Positions 39,736 to 53,875 of a DNA stretch of 64,000 nt are shown in pieces. Made by a program: the position numbers and the translations under genes. The DNA lies in the NCBI GenBank assembly GCA_964016885.1, contig OZ024743.1, positions 191,580,001 to 191,644,000 of the forward strand, given 5' to 3'. Position 1 is the first letter of the stretch, and every line of letters starts with the position of its first letter. The notes under the pieces are model-generated. The model saw only the letters and a list, made by a program, of their open reading frames with translations. It was not told the origin of the DNA and did not search any database. Source of the DNA: Eledone cirrhosa (taxonomy: Eukaryota).

Positions 39736-39926
39736 TTATAAGCTTTCACCGTATTTTTAGACTAAAGAAATTTCAAATTGAAAAGCAGAAGAACTGCGAA
39801 ACCGGTAAAGGAACCAAATAAATATATATATATTTTTTTTAAATAAGACTCCAGTTGCATTTTCGATTTCATCTCTTTTTCTTTATACTTTCACTCGTGT
39901 ATTTTTATTTTGTTAAAAAACCTCAC

Positions 39927-39975
<49 letters not shown>

Positions 39976-39976
<1 letters not shown>

Positions 39977-40847
39977 TGGAAAATGTGTGTAATCCTTGGT
40001 ACAGTTAGGTATATTAAGACAGGGGGGAAGAAAAAAATGGCTTCACTTGTGCTTTCAACAAATTTATTTTCTTCACAAAATACAAAAAGAATTTTTTTCC
40101 GGATTAGAAAAAAAATTTTTCTTAAAACAAATTTATTTTATAAATTAAGTTAGGTCTTAGGAGTTCTTAGGAGTTCTTGGTTAACATAGGAGGTATTGTT
40201 TTTAGAACGACCTTTCACGCTGAGGTGCGCTTGTCAAACTGATGTGTATGTGGTGTGTTGTTCTATATATAGGGATTTGACATGTCTGTGGTGTGGTGGG
40301 GGTTTTTCTCCCCCTTTTTAATAAGTGTATGGGTGTAGGTGTGTTGAAAAAGTGTTAATAGAAGTAATGAGTTGAGACGGTGAGTAGGGTTGAGTGGGGA
40401 GAAATGTAGCAAGTGCGGCCTGCCCCGGTCATTCTCGAAAAATTCCTTTATTCAGGGTATTCCTTTGTGTTGAGAATGGTCACAGGCAAATCGCACCTGC
40501 CAAGTTTGTAAACAATTATTTTTTTCTGAAGAATTTTTCTAAGTCCATCCCAAAATTAGTCCTTTGTTCAACACACACATATGTGCGTATATACGTACAT
40601 ACACACACGGGCATATGTAGGAATATATAGGCACACACCATCAATCACACACCCATGTACATATACATCCACATACATACACAAAAACATATAAAGACGC
40701 ATACAAAAACACATATACACATACGTACACACACGAATATGTGCTCATACCTCCACTTGGGTATATATATATATATACATACATACATATACATACATAT
40801 ACACACATAAAGATACATAACTAAATATACATATATACCCATACATG

Positions 40848-40878
<31 letters not shown>

Positions 40879-41178
40879 GTGTACACACACAAACACACAC
40901 ACACACACACATATACATATGTCCGTATATATAAATTTTTGTGTATGTATGTGGATGTATATGTTTGACAAGCGCACCTCAGCGTGAAAGGTCGTTCTAA
41001 AAACGAAACAATACCTACTACGTTAACCAAGAACTCCTAAGACCTAACTAAATTTATAAAATAAATTTTTTTTAATAAAAAAAAATTTTTCTAATCCGGA
41101 AAAAAATTCTTTTGGGATTTTGTGAAGAAAGTAAATTTGTTGAAAGCACAAGTGAATCCATTTTTTCTTCCCCCCTGT

Positions 41179-41181
<3 letters not shown>
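39976..41181. mobile_element. Non-coding element with ~220-bp inverted arms (40015-40239 / 40963-41181)
   Basis: Arms seen directly; left arm has ~40-bp extension; (TA)n flanks. Confidence 0.75.
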
Positions 41182-41249
<68 letters not shown>

Positions 41250-41913
41250 CATATTTATGTATATATATATATATATATGGAGGAGGTTATAGTTCACTTG
41301 AAGCATTGTGTAATGAGGTATAAACGTTAGAATATGTGTAATAAGGCCAAGACAATGCAGATATGGACATAGAAAAAAGAATGCAATAGTGAGAGATATT
41401 GATGAGAATTCGTCTTTCACCTTGAATTTATTTAAATGTCCTTAATTTTCGAGATAATATCTCTTCTTCGGAGGGAAGTAAAAGTCTCAGACCAGCGTCT
41501 AAATTTCCAATGAAGCCATGCTGACCGGAAATAGTATAGAGTTCTAACTTTAATATCAAAGAATTAAAATCACTCAGTTACATACAAAAATTCTGCCTAA
41601 GAAAACTCATACAACACCTACACCGCACGCTACAACATCACATACGGACTATCTCCGGCCTTGTACCACAACTCGCTGAAACCCCAGAACCTCTGTCCAG
41701 GTCATCTCCGCCACTATAGACAGGTCATACCACCACCGCCGAGACTACGAGAAAATACGCCTAAAACAAAAATTTCTCAAACTCAGGACGGCCAACCGTC
41801 TTAACAACATCCCAACGCCAAACACCAACAGAGGCGAACAATACGTTACCAACACCGAACCTATCGGCACCCCGACCAACAACACACCTGACGCAAAACA
41901 CCTCGTCACAGAA

Positions 41914-43938
41914 TTGACAGGATCCCTCTCCCGAGAGGAATTAGACCTCCTCAGCCTGGGTCCCAAGTTCATATTGAAACAGAGACTGGACGACAGACTA
42001 TGGCTCGACATAGAAACGAATTTCTGTCGGACTGCCTACCAACTGAAATGGATATCGACTCTCGACAACAACACCACGGAATCCACCACACCCAGATTCC
42101 CGATATACCAACTAGATCGCCCACTCTATCCACCGCCCGCCAACCGCGAGCTGGAAGAAAAACTCTCGAGACTAAAACATTCCGTATTTAACATCTTACG
42201 GAAACAGAAGAAGATGGCCCCTAACCTCTCCAGGACACAACAACTCGCCCTGAAGAACCTACGGAATAAGGAACTTATTTACTTACCATCCGACAAAGGT
42301 AAAGAGTTCTGCGTCATCTCTCAAGCCACATACAATAACCTAGCCTTCGAACACCTAAGCGACAGTGAACTGTACACAGTGATCCCGGATATGACCGCAG
42401 CCCAAATCGAAAAACAGATCAACTCCATTTGGTTCGATATCTGTAGGAGAAGACAACTCCCGAATAAAATTAAAGTCAACTACACCACTAGAAATAGCAG
42501 ACTGCCCACTTTCTACCACCTCATCAAGACCCACAAGAATAGCACTAAGACGCATATAAGACCCATCGTCTCTAGCATAGAAGGACCCCTGTACAAAATT
42601 TCCTGGCTTCTCTCCCAGGTCCTCAAGCCTCTACTCTCCACCTTCCCCGGACATGTCAGTAGCTCCGACGAAGTTATACGTAGATTACACCAACTCCAGC
42701 CAGAACAACTTAAACTTAATAAATACGCTTTTAGCCTCGACGTTGTCTCCCTCTACACTACAGTCCCCGCTCACCCAGCTGTCGATTTATTGACGGACTG
42801 CGTGGTCGCAGAGAACATCCACTGCTACGGCCTCCACCCGACGGACATACACCAACTTTTGTCCTTCACAGTAGACAACACGTACTTCACCTTCCACCAC
42901 CACACATACAGACAGACAACAGGATTACCCTTGGGATCCAGCCTCTCTAGCCTGCTGGCCATCACTTACATGAACCAGCTAGAATGCCGAGCCCTCAACA
43001 CCTGCCATTCCCATGCCTTCTTCACACGATATGTAGATGACATACTCTTCCTTACATCATCCCGTGAGGAGGCAGAGAAAATATACACAACATTCTCCAG
43101 CATGGACGCCAGTATAAAGTTCAGCATAGAACACCCCGATGACCGCGGATCCCTATCCCTGCTGGACTTCCAACTCAGGGTAACAGAGGAAGGCAACATC
43201 CACACCTGCTTCTATAAAAAATCCGCCAGCAGGGACCTGTTCGTACATTTCAGATCGGCCCTCCCACTCGGTGCCAAGTTCGGATACATAAAGAACGAAC
43301 TGGCACGTATCAAGAACAAATGCACCGACGCCAGAGACCGAGACACACACACCACACATTTCCTGGAAGTACTCAAACTGAACGGATACACGACATCCAC
43401 CACAAACCGTGCCAGAAAGAACAGAGGACACCACACCCGAGGCACTAACACTTGCTTCCTGAAGCTCCCACACTTCAGTGAAGAAACAACAACAGCCATC
43501 CGCAGAGCCATCAGACGAGAAGGTCTGGATATTCAACTGGCCCATTCGGGTCCTTCTTTGCGTGGACGGCTAGCTAAGAGACACTCCACCAGACATGACA
43601 ACTGCTGCAGACTAGCTAACTGCCCCATCAACGACACAGACCTATGCCACCAGGCTTACGTAGTTTACAGACTAGAGTGTGATAAATGCAACAACTTCTA
43701 CGTAGGTAGCACCACCAGACCACTCCACATAAGAATAAAAGAACACCTCAATACTAACGCTTCCTCATTTAAGAAACACCTAGTTAAATGCAAAAACACT
43801 GATAAAAACATAACAGTTAGGATAGAAACTAAGGAAAGAAACCTCGGCAATCTTAGAATCAAGGAAGCACTCATTATAGATAGAACACATCCACCAATCA
43901 ATAATAGACTAGAGCTCAACACCCAATTTATAACCTGA
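41914..43938 (+). CDS. PLE reverse transcriptase + GIY-YIG endonuclease (674-aa open frame, N-terminus truncated)
   Basis: LSLGPKF, PSDKG, RPIVS, SLDVVSLYT, GLPLGSSLS, RYVDD, VVYRLECDKC..YVGSTTRPLHIRIKEH, IKEAL..PPIN. Confidence 0.92.
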   Translation: MTGSLSREELDLLSLGPKFILKQRLDDRLWLDIETNFCRTAYQLKWISTLDNNTTESTTPRFPIYQLDRPLYPPPANRELEEKLSRLKHSVFNILRKQKKMAPNLSRTQQLALKNLRNKELIYLPSDKGKEFCVISQATYNNLAFEHLSDSELYTVIPDMTAAQIEKQINSIWFDICRRRQLPNKIKVNYTTRNSRLPTFYHLIKTHKNSTKTHIRPIVSSIEGPLYKISWLLSQVLKPLLSTFPGHVSSSDEVIRRLHQLQPEQLKLNKYAFSLDVVSLYTTVPAHPAVDLLTDCVVAENIHCYGLHPTDIHQLLSFTVDNTYFTFHHHTYRQTTGLPLGSSLSSLLAITYMNQLECRALNTCHSHAFFTRYVDDILFLTSSREEAEKIYTTFSSMDASIKFSIEHPDDRGSLSLLDFQLRVTEEGNIHTCFYKKSASRDLFVHFRSALPLGAKFGYIKNELARIKNKCTDARDRDTHTTHFLEVLKLNGYTTSTTNRARKNRGHHTRGTNTCFLKLPHFSEETTTAIRRAIRREGLDIQLAHSGPSLRGRLAKRHSTRHDNCCRLANCPINDTDLCHQAYVVYRLECDKCNNFYVGSTTRPLHIRIKEHLNTNASSFKKHLVKCKNTDKNITVRIETKERNLGNLRIKEALIIDRTHPPINNRLELNTQFIT

Positions 43939-44317
43939 TAGGGCCTCTAGCCCCACTTTACACACCCCACACACACGCACGCGCACACCTCCACTTATTC
44001 TCTCTCACACATACACACACAAAACCAGTTCTAACACCAGATAACACCTACCCCCCACTTTTACGATTAGACCTATCTTCCCACACTCACACACACACAC
44101 CCACATACCTACACCTTCATGCTTTCTCCCACACACATATACAGGCACGCATATAAAATTTAAAAAAACACAACAAAAACATAAACAAACCCCTCTTAAA
44201 GGGAGACTACTCTTTACCCACCTAATTTTAATTCTTTGATATTAAAGTTAGAACTCTATACTATTTCCGGTCAGCATGGCTTCATTGGAAATTTAGACCT
44301 TGGTCTGAGACTTTTAC

Positions 44318-44356
44318 TTCCCTCCGAAGAAGAGATATTATCTCGAAAATTAAGGA
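44318..44356 (+). ncRNA. Minimal hammerhead, CCGAAGA core variant
   Basis: cct-CCGAAGA-a-GAGATA t TATCTC-GAAAATTA-agg; mirrored at 41439-41477. Confidence 0.65.
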
Positions 44357-44472
44357 CATTTAAATAAATTCAAGGTGAAAGACGAATTCTCATCAATATC
44401 TCTCACTATTGCATTCTTTTTTCTATGTCCATATCTGCATTGTCTTGGCCTTATTACACATATTCTAACGTT

Positions 44473-44503
<31 letters not shown>

Positions 44504-44542
44504 TTATATATAAATATATATATATATATATATAAATATATA

Positions 44543-44596
<54 letters not shown>

Positions 44597-44613
44597 AATA
44601 TATATATATAAAT

Positions 44614-44716
<103 letters not shown>

Positions 44717-44906
44717 TATGTAGATAAATCTACCAAGAGTTTACGGTAGTGTCCAATCCGTATGAAGAACTCAATGTATTCCGGATATCATGGAAAGAAG
44801 AGATACGATGAAAATCCACTTTCGGTGAAAGACAAACGGTATACAGAGTCAAGATAAAATATTAAACAAATAATGAATAAACAATTCCTTATATTAAACA
44901 AAAAAA

Positions 44907-45061
44907 TTCATTATTTAACGATCGTTTCTAGGGTATATATGTGTTATAATTGGTATGCATATTCAACAGATCTATGTACAAAATTATACAAAATTATACA
45001 AATTATCAAGATTAAATATACATACCTAACACATATATACGCCGTCTTCAGAAATAATGAA
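44907..45061 (-). ncRNA. Type I hammerhead with long stem II
   Basis: Reverse complement of 45086-45240. Confidence 0.85.
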
Positions 45062-45085
45062 GTATATACTTATATTTATATATAC

Positions 45086-45240
45086 TTCATTATTTCTGAA
45101 GACGGCGTATATATGTGTTAGGTATGTATATTTAATCTTGATAATTTGTATAATTTTGTATAATTTTGTACATAGATCTGTTGAATATGCATACCAATTA
45201 TAACACATATATACCCTAGAAACGATCGTTAAATAATGAA
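45086..45240 (+). ncRNA. Type I hammerhead with long stem II
   Basis: 10-bp stem I ttcattattt/aaataatgaa; CTGAAGA; ~115-nt hairpin; GAA-ACGATCGT-T. Confidence 0.87.
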
Positions 45241-45336
45241 TTTTTTTGTTTAATATAAGGAATTGTTTATTCATTATTTGTTTAATATTTTATATATAAA
45301 TATATATATAAATATAAATATATATATAAATATATA

Positions 45337-45368
<32 letters not shown>

Positions 45369-45395
45369 AATATATATATATATAAATGTATATAT

Positions 45396-45426
<31 letters not shown>

Positions 45427-45485
45427 AATATATATATATATAAATGTATATATATATATATATATAAATATATATAAATATATAA

Positions 45486-45522
<37 letters not shown>

Positions 45523-48351
45523 AGGGTGTTAAAGTTTGCTTGAAGCATTGTGAAATGTGTAAAATACGTAGTTTAGAAAGCCACAACAATTCAGATGGGA
45601 AATCTCGAGGTAGGAAGTGAATGATAGATAGGAGCAATAGGAGAAGGTTGAAATTGAGAGAGACAAAGATGAAAACAAAACAAAGGTAGAAAGGTTACCG
45701 TAGTGGAGATTTAATCCCAATATTTAGGGCTCACGCCCATCAACGGGGTAAGGTTCCAAAAAGGGGGAGAACAGGCTAAGCCGGAGAAAGTTGTGATGTC
45801 GTTAAAACAGGAATGCCGTTATGGGGAGAAAATTTAAATGAGGGAAAGAATGCGCGTGCGCGTGATAGGCTGTGGCAAAAGCTACTGAACAAATGGGTTA
45901 AATCAAGAGGGTGCGCTAGCGTGTGAAAGCCGTAAAATATGTGTGTGTAAATATATGTGTGTGTAGCTGTGTGTGTATATGTGTAAGTGTGTATATGTGT
46001 GAGTGCATGTGTGTGTGAAAGATAGTGGGCTGTAGAAGCTGGAAATCAAAGGGTGTGAAAGGTGGTAGGTTGTAAAACATGTGTGCGTGTATAAATATAG
46101 ATGTGTGTGTGTATGCGTATGGGTATGCATATACGTACATGTGTGTGAAAATAGCAGGCCGTTAGGCCTGTGAATGGTCACTATGGTTAAATTAGCCATG
46201 TCAGCTCATTTCTCTCAGCCCGGTTTATAAGTGCGGGTCTGAGGTTCTTAATAACAAGTGCTAACTTTATCCTTAAGGATCCGATGCTCCGTTCAGTCGC
46301 TAGGACTGTGACCAAGGGTCTATCCTGTGGGTTTCCGCATTTAAGGATGTGTTTACGGAAGGAAGATGCGTTGGTGTTGATATGTTCCTTGATACGAACA
46401 TGTAGGGGTCGGATGGTGCTACCTATGTAAAACTTGTTACATTTATCGCATTGAATCTTATATACGACATAGGTGCGTAGGCAATCTGCCCCCCGTATCG
46501 GGCAGTTGCTGAGGGAACACGTCCCATCTGACTCGTCGGGTTTGTTGGAGAGGCATCTTCGCAGCGAAGGTCCTGTGTGGGCCAAATGTATGTCAAGTCC
46601 CTCCGTCCGTATGGCCCTGCGGATGGCGTTCGTGGTATATTCACTCAGGTGGGGGATTTTAAAGAAGCACCTGCTTTTATTTAAGTTTCTAGTGGGTGTC
46701 TGTCTATTGGGTCTGGGGTCTCTAATTCCGTTAATCAGTCGCTTGGGATATCCATTAGACTTGAGTAGATTACGGAATTGCGTGGTATGGGTGGGACCAC
46801 CCATCGGGTCGCTGCATCTGTTAGTGATCCGTGTCAGTTCATTTAGGACATAGCCTCTCTTAGCGTTGTTGGGGAGGGCTGAGTTGTAATGCACAAATAA
46901 GTCCTTGCACGCTACTTTGCGGTAGAAGGTGGTGTTTATGTCTCCTTCTTCCGAGATGTTGATACGGAAGTCGAGGAGGGCGAGTGACCCGTCTTCTCCT
47001 GGGTGTCCTTTGAGCTGCAGACGTGGGCTGGTAGTGTGTGTAGAATGGGTTTCAGTAGTGTGGAGAGCAGCCACGATAGTGAATATACCACGAACGCCAT
47101 CCGCAGGGCCATACGGACGGAGGGACTTGACATACATTTGGCCCACACAGGACCTTCGCTGCGAATATGCCTCTCTAACAAACCCGGCGAGTTAGATGGG
47201 ACGTGTTCCCTCAGCAACTGCCCGATACGGGGGGCAGATTGCCTACGCACCTATGTCGTATATAAGATTCAATGCGATAAATGTAACAAGTTTTACATAG
47301 GTAGCACCATCCGACCCCTACATGTTCGTATCAAGGAACATATCAACACCAACGCATCTTCCTTCCGTAAACACACCCTTAAATGCGGAAATCTACAGGG
47401 TAGACCTTTGGTCACAGTCCTAGCGACTGAACGCAGCATCGGATCCTTAAGGATAAAGGAAGCACTTGTTATTAAGAACCTCAGACCCGCACTTAACAAC
47501 CGGGCTGAGAGAAATGAGCTGACATGGCTAATTTAACCATAGTGACCATTCACAGCCCTCACGGCCTGCTATTTTCACACACACGCACGTATATGCATAC
47601 CCATACGGATACACACACACATCTATATTTATACACGCACACATGTTTTTACAACCTACCACCTTTCACACCCTTTGATTTCCAGCTTCTACAGCCCACT
47701 ATCTTTCACACACACACGCACTCACACATATACACACTTACACATATACACACACAGTTACACACACATATATACCCATACGCATACACACACACATCTA
47801 TATTTATACACGCACACATGTTTTACAACCTACCACCTTTCACACCCTTTGATTTCCAGCTTCTACAGCCCACTATCTTTCACACACACACACTCACACA
47901 TATACACACTTCCACATATACACACACAGCTACACACACATATATATTTACACACACATATTTTACGGCTTTCACACGCTAGCGCACCCTCTTGATTTAA
48001 CCCATTTGGTCAGTAGCTTTTGCCATAGCCTATCACGCGCACGCGCATTCTTTCCCTCATTTAAATTTTCTCCCCATAACGGCATTCCTGTTTTAACGAC
48101 ATCACAACTTTCTCCGGCTTAGCCTGTTCCCCCCCCCCCTTTTTTTGAACTTTCCCCCGTTGATGGGCGTGAGCCCGAAATATTGGGATTAAATCTCCAC
48201 TACGGTAACCTTTCTACCTTTGTTTTGTTTTCATCTTTGTCTCTCTCAATTTTCACCTTCTATTTCTCCTATCTATCATTCACTTCCTACCTCGAGATTT
48301 CCCATCTGCATTGTTGTGGCTTTCTAAACTACGTATTTTACACATTTCACA

Positions 48352-50994
48352 ATGCTTCAAGCAAACTTTAACACCCTCTTATCATTACACCTGAGCCAGG
48401 ACTTGTTTGCACCCATAAGGGACCTATTCAGACTATCGGAGAATCGTGCCAAACTCGGTTGCCAAATTACCTTCTTAAAACGCTGCCTAAAGAACAACAT
48501 CATTCCAACCACCATCAGGAATATACATCTACCCGAATGTTTACGATCACCATCCTTCGAAAACACCATCCGCCACATTCAACGCACGTTTATCAAGAAA
48601 ATACTACGACACAACCACCACCAACTGCGACTCCATATACAAACGCTTTCCGAGCACATAGATCGTATAGCTCCAACCCTCACCCCTGACCACCAGGTCC
48701 AGGAAATACGCAAAGCTATCGATCAGTGTTACCACACCGGAGTCAAATACGATAAACAGCGCCTTATACGGAAATACGAATGGACTGTAAACAAATACTA
48801 CAATGACAACATCCGCTCCCACAGACGGACCGACTACAACCACACCAGGGGCAACAGCTATACAACACCCTCCGCTACACCCCCCAACAGCGATCTACCT
48901 ACCAACGATGCTTCACACCTCGTTACCGACCTAACCGGTACCCTCACCAACGACGAACTCGAACTTCTGCGCCTCGGACCCAAGTTCATCATTACACAGC
49001 GTCTCGATGATAGACTGAAACTCGACATCGAAACCAACTTCTGTCGGACAGCATATCAACTGAAATGGCTAACCGACATCCAAAACAACACCGAGATCGA
49101 TTACAACCCCACAACCCACCCCACACTCCCCACGTACCACCTCGACAACCCACTCCACCCCCCACCCACCAACCACGAACTTGACACTAAACTACTCAGG
49201 TTGAAACATTCTATCTCTAACATCCTTTCCCAACACACACACACACACACACAATAAACGCAACCTCACCAATGCACAATTTAATACTCTCACCAACCTA
49301 AGATCCAGGAACCTTGTGTACCTTCCCTCTGACAAGGGGAAAGAATTCTGTGTCATCTCGAGAGAGACCTACAACAACTTAGCTCTCCAACATCTTAATG
49401 ACGACAGCCTCTACTCGAAAGTCACAGGGACCTCCTCGACTCTAATCGAGGAAGGCATTAACACCATATGGACTAACATCTGTGTCCAACGAAAACTGCC
49501 AAAGAAGGTAAAAAAACAACATAATGACTCGAAACAGCAAACTACCCACCTTCTACCACCTGGTTAAAATACATAAACAAGGACCCGATTTGAAAATCAG
49601 GCCCATTGTCTCTAGCGTGGAGGGCCCACTCTACAAAATATCGTGGCTGCTCTCCACACTACTGAAACCCATTCTACACACTACCAGCCCACGTCTGCAG
49701 CTCAAAGGAGGTCTTGGAGCGACTACACCATCTGGCGCCCAACACCAGAAAGGAAAACGGTTATGCCTTCAGTCTTGATGTGGTCGCCCTTTATACCTCC
49801 GTACCAGCATCCCCAGCCGTCGACCTGTTGACCGAACGAGTCCGAGCATCTAACATACACTGCTTCGGACTCACACACACGGACATCCACCAACTCCTCT
49901 CCTTCATTGTGGATAATGCACTCTTCAATTTCCTCGGCCACACGTACAAACAAATCTCTGGGCTACCTATGGGCTCTAGTCTGTCCGGCATACTTGCGAT
50001 CTCGTACATGGACCACCTGGAACGCAAGGCACTCAATACCTGCCAACCCAACGCCGTCGCCTTCTACTCCAGATACGTTGATGACATCCTGATACTTACT
50101 TCTTCCCGGGAGATGGCGAATGAAATTCACCAAATCTTCAACGATACTGACCATCACGTCGATTTCACCATCGAACACCCAGGAGAAGACGGGTCACTCG
50201 CCCTCCTCGACTTCCGTATCAACATCTCGGAAGAAGGAGACATAAACACCACCTTCTACCGCAAAGCAGCGTGCAAGGACTTATTTGTGCATTACAACTC
50301 AGCCCTCCCCAACAACGCTAAGAGAGGCTATGTCCTAAATGAACTGACACGGATCACTAACAGATGCAGCGACCCGATGGGTGGTCTCACCCATACCACG
50401 CAATTCCGTAATCTACTCAAGTCTAATGGATATCCCAAGCGACTGATTAACGGAATTAGAGACCCCAGACCCAATAGACAGACACCCACTAGAAACTTAA
50501 ATAAAAGCAGGTGCTTCTTTAAAATCCCCCACCTGAGTGAATATACCACGAACGCCATCCGCAGGGCCATACGGACGGAGGGACTCGATATACATTTGGC
50601 CCACACAGGACCTTCGCTGCGAAGATGCCTCTCCAACAAACCCGACGAGTCAGATGGGACGTGTTCCCTCAGCAACTGCCCGATACGGGGGGCAGATTGC
50701 CTACGCACCTATGTCGTATATAAGATTCAATGCGATAAATGTAACAAGTTTTACATAGGTAGCACCATCCGACCCCTACATGTTCGTATCAAGGAACATA
50801 TCAACACCAACGCATCTTCCTTCCGTAAACACATCCTTAAATGCGGAAACCCACAGGGTAGACCCTTGGTCACAGTCCTAGCGACTGAACGCAGCATCGG
50901 ATCCTTAAGGATAAAGGAAGCACTTGTTATTAAGAACCTCAGACCCCCACTTAACAACCGGGCTGAGAGAAATGAGCTGACATGGCTAATTTAA
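48352..50994 (+). pseudogene. Full-length PLE RT + GIY-YIG ORF with ~3 frameshifts
   Basis: MLQANF start, FLKRCLKNNIIP, LGPKF, PSDKG, RPIVS, GLPMGSSLS, RYVDD, VVYKIQCDKC..YIGST. Confidence 0.92.
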
Positions 50995-51435
50995 CCATAG
51001 TGACCATTCACAGCCCTCACGGCCTGCTATTTTCACACACACGCACGTATATGCATACCCATACGCATACACACCCACATCTATATTTATACACGCACAC
51101 ATGTTTTTACAACCTACCACCTTTCACACCCTTTGATTTCCAGCTTCTACAGCCCACTATCTTTCACACACACACACACACTTACACATATACACACTTA
51201 CACATATACACACACAGCTACACACACATATATATTTACACACACATATTTTAGGGCTTTCACACGCTAGCGCACCCTCTTGATTTAACCCATTTGGTCA
51301 GTAGCTTTTGCCACAGCCTATCACGCGCACGCGCATTCTTTCCCTCATTTAAATGTTCTCCCCATAACGGCATTCCTGTTTTAACGACATCACAACTTTC
51401 TCCGGCTTAGCCTGTTCCCCCCCTTTTTGGAACTT

Positions 51436-51471
51436 TCCCCCGTTGATGGGCGTGAGCCCGAAATATTGGGA
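51436..51471 (+). ncRNA. Hammerhead-like fold with atypical core CCGTTGA (also 48153-48188+, 45715-45750-)
   Basis: tccc-CCGTTGA-t-GGGC gtga GCCC-GAA-ATAT-T-ggga. Confidence 0.55.
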
Positions 51472-51660
51472 TTAAATCTCCACTACGGTAACCCTTCTAC
51501 CTTTGTTTTGTTTTCATCTTTGTCTCTCTCAATTTTCACCTTCTCCTATTTCTCCTATCTATCATTCACTTCCTACCTCGAGATTTCCCATCTGCATTGT
51601 TGTGGCTTTCTAAACTACGTATTTTATATATATATATAAATATATATATATATTTATATA

Positions 51661-52033
51661 TTAGAAATTAGAAATTATAAGCTTTCACCGCATTTTTAGA
51701 CTAAAGAAATTTCTAGCCTGATAGTGGGGTTTATAACCCTCAGAGATATGGAAAAAGATGAGTTTTGCCGTACATGGGAGTCGAACCCACATCTTTGGTT
51801 AACCAGACCACTGTGCTACCATTACACCAATACACATCCCATCTCCTTTCTTTCGAATTAGAAGCTATGAACTTAGCAAGTTAAAGATAAACAAGCAAAT
51901 TATAAACGTAAACATGGAAGTATATTTTTGAAACGGTGCGGCAGTTTGAAATTAGAAATTAGAGATTATAAGCTTTCACCGTATTTTTAGACTATCCCCA
52001 CTATCAGGCTAGACATTTCTTTAGTCTAAAAAT
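51661..52033 (-). mobile_element. ~370-bp tRNA-module element, copy 3
   Basis: Same sequence and architecture as 17431-17796. Confidence 0.82.
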
Positions 52034-52046
52034 ATAATATATAAAA

Positions 52047-52159
<113 letters not shown>

Positions 52160-52266
52160 ATATATAAAAAATATATATATATAAATATATATATATAATA
52201 TATAAAAAAAATTATATCTCTTTTACCCTTTTACCTGTTTCAGCCATCCGGCTGAGGCCATGCTGG

Positions 52267-52314
<48 letters not shown>

Positions 52315-52385
52315 TGTATATATAAATATATATATATAATATATTAAAAAAATATATATATATATTTATTTATATATAAATATAT

Positions 52386-52420
<35 letters not shown>

Positions 52421-52459
52421 GATATATATATATAAATATATTAATATATATAAATATAA

Positions 52460-52491
<32 letters not shown>

Positions 52492-52505
52492 TTATATATA
52501 CATAT

Positions 52506-52536
<31 letters not shown>

Positions 52537-52579
52537 TATAAATATATATATATATATACATATATATAAATATATATAT

Positions 52580-52705
<126 letters not shown>

Positions 52706-52809
52706 GTATATATAAATATATATATATATATGTAAATATATATATATTTATATTTATATATATTAATATATTTATATATATATATATATTTATATATATG
52801 TATATATAA

Positions 52810-52841
<32 letters not shown>

Positions 52842-52880
52842 TTATATTTATATATATTAATATATTTATATATATATATC

Positions 52881-52915
<35 letters not shown>

Positions 52916-52959
52916 ATATATTTATATATAAATAAATATATTAATATATATAAATATAA

Positions 52960-52991
<32 letters not shown>

Positions 52992-53095
52992 TTATATATA
53001 CATATATATAAATATATATATATATATAAATATATTAATATATATAAATATAAATATATATATATATGCATATATATATATATATTTATATATAC

Positions 53096-53229
<134 letters not shown>

Positions 53230-53769
53230 ATATATATATTTATATATATGTATATATATATATATATTTATATATATGTATATATATATATATATTTATA
53301 TAAAGAACGGGGAAAAAACGAATAATACGTCATTAATAGGAGCGGTGAAAAACAATTACGCGCAAAGACAAAACCACGTTTATGGTATAAAAGAGGTCGT
53401 AGACTAATGTTCTCTTAGGTGGTGGATAGAGACTTTCTCTGGCAATGAACGAAAAAACGAAGATAATAAGTCATATGTGGAGCGTGGAGAACAATAGCAC
53501 GCAAAGACAAAACCACGTAAATTGTATAGCAGAAATTGTAGACTAAAATTCTAACTAGGAGACCAAATGAATCTCCGCTACAGAGTTAAGAACAAAGTAA
53601 ATAAATACAATACAGAAGTAATAGAAACAAATAAATACATACACGCAAACAGATACGTACATGCACAAGCATACGCAAAACCTTACAAAACCACGGACAT
53701 ATAAATATGTGTGTGTGTGTATGCTTGTGTACAAATAAATAAATAATTATATAAACGTACATATATTTA

Positions 53770-53803
<34 letters not shown>

Positions 53804-53844
53804 AATATGTATATATATATAAATATATATATAAATTTATATAT

Positions 53845-53875
<31 letters not shown>

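Larger units (their letters stand above)
41279..44476 (+). mobile_element. Penelope-like element, 5'-truncated, with inverted pLTRs (41319-41570 / 44225-44476)
   Basis: RT-GIY ORF plus inverted arms with HHRs at 41439-41477(-) and 44318-44356(+). Confidence 0.93.
44854..45293. repeat. ~440-bp near-perfect palindrome made of two head-to-head pLTR ends
   Basis: Centre ~45073; mirror ORFs 44873+ and 45026-; left arm extends to 44719. Confidence 0.92.
45521..51627 (+). mobile_element. Compound PLE: inverted 3' copy (45521-47077), partial tandem (47078-48351), full-length copy (48352-51627)
   Basis: Three copies of the GIY-YIG C-terminus ..AERNELTWLI and of the 3' UTR. Confidence 0.93.

Noticed and set aside
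41118-41160. GTGAAGA...GAAA hammerhead in the 39976-41181 arms
   Set aside because: C3 is absent and no stem III/NUH or stem I could be formed
52218-52270. Short SINE-end-like fragment
   Set aside because: Only ~50 bp and recognised from memory; too little support to list as a feature
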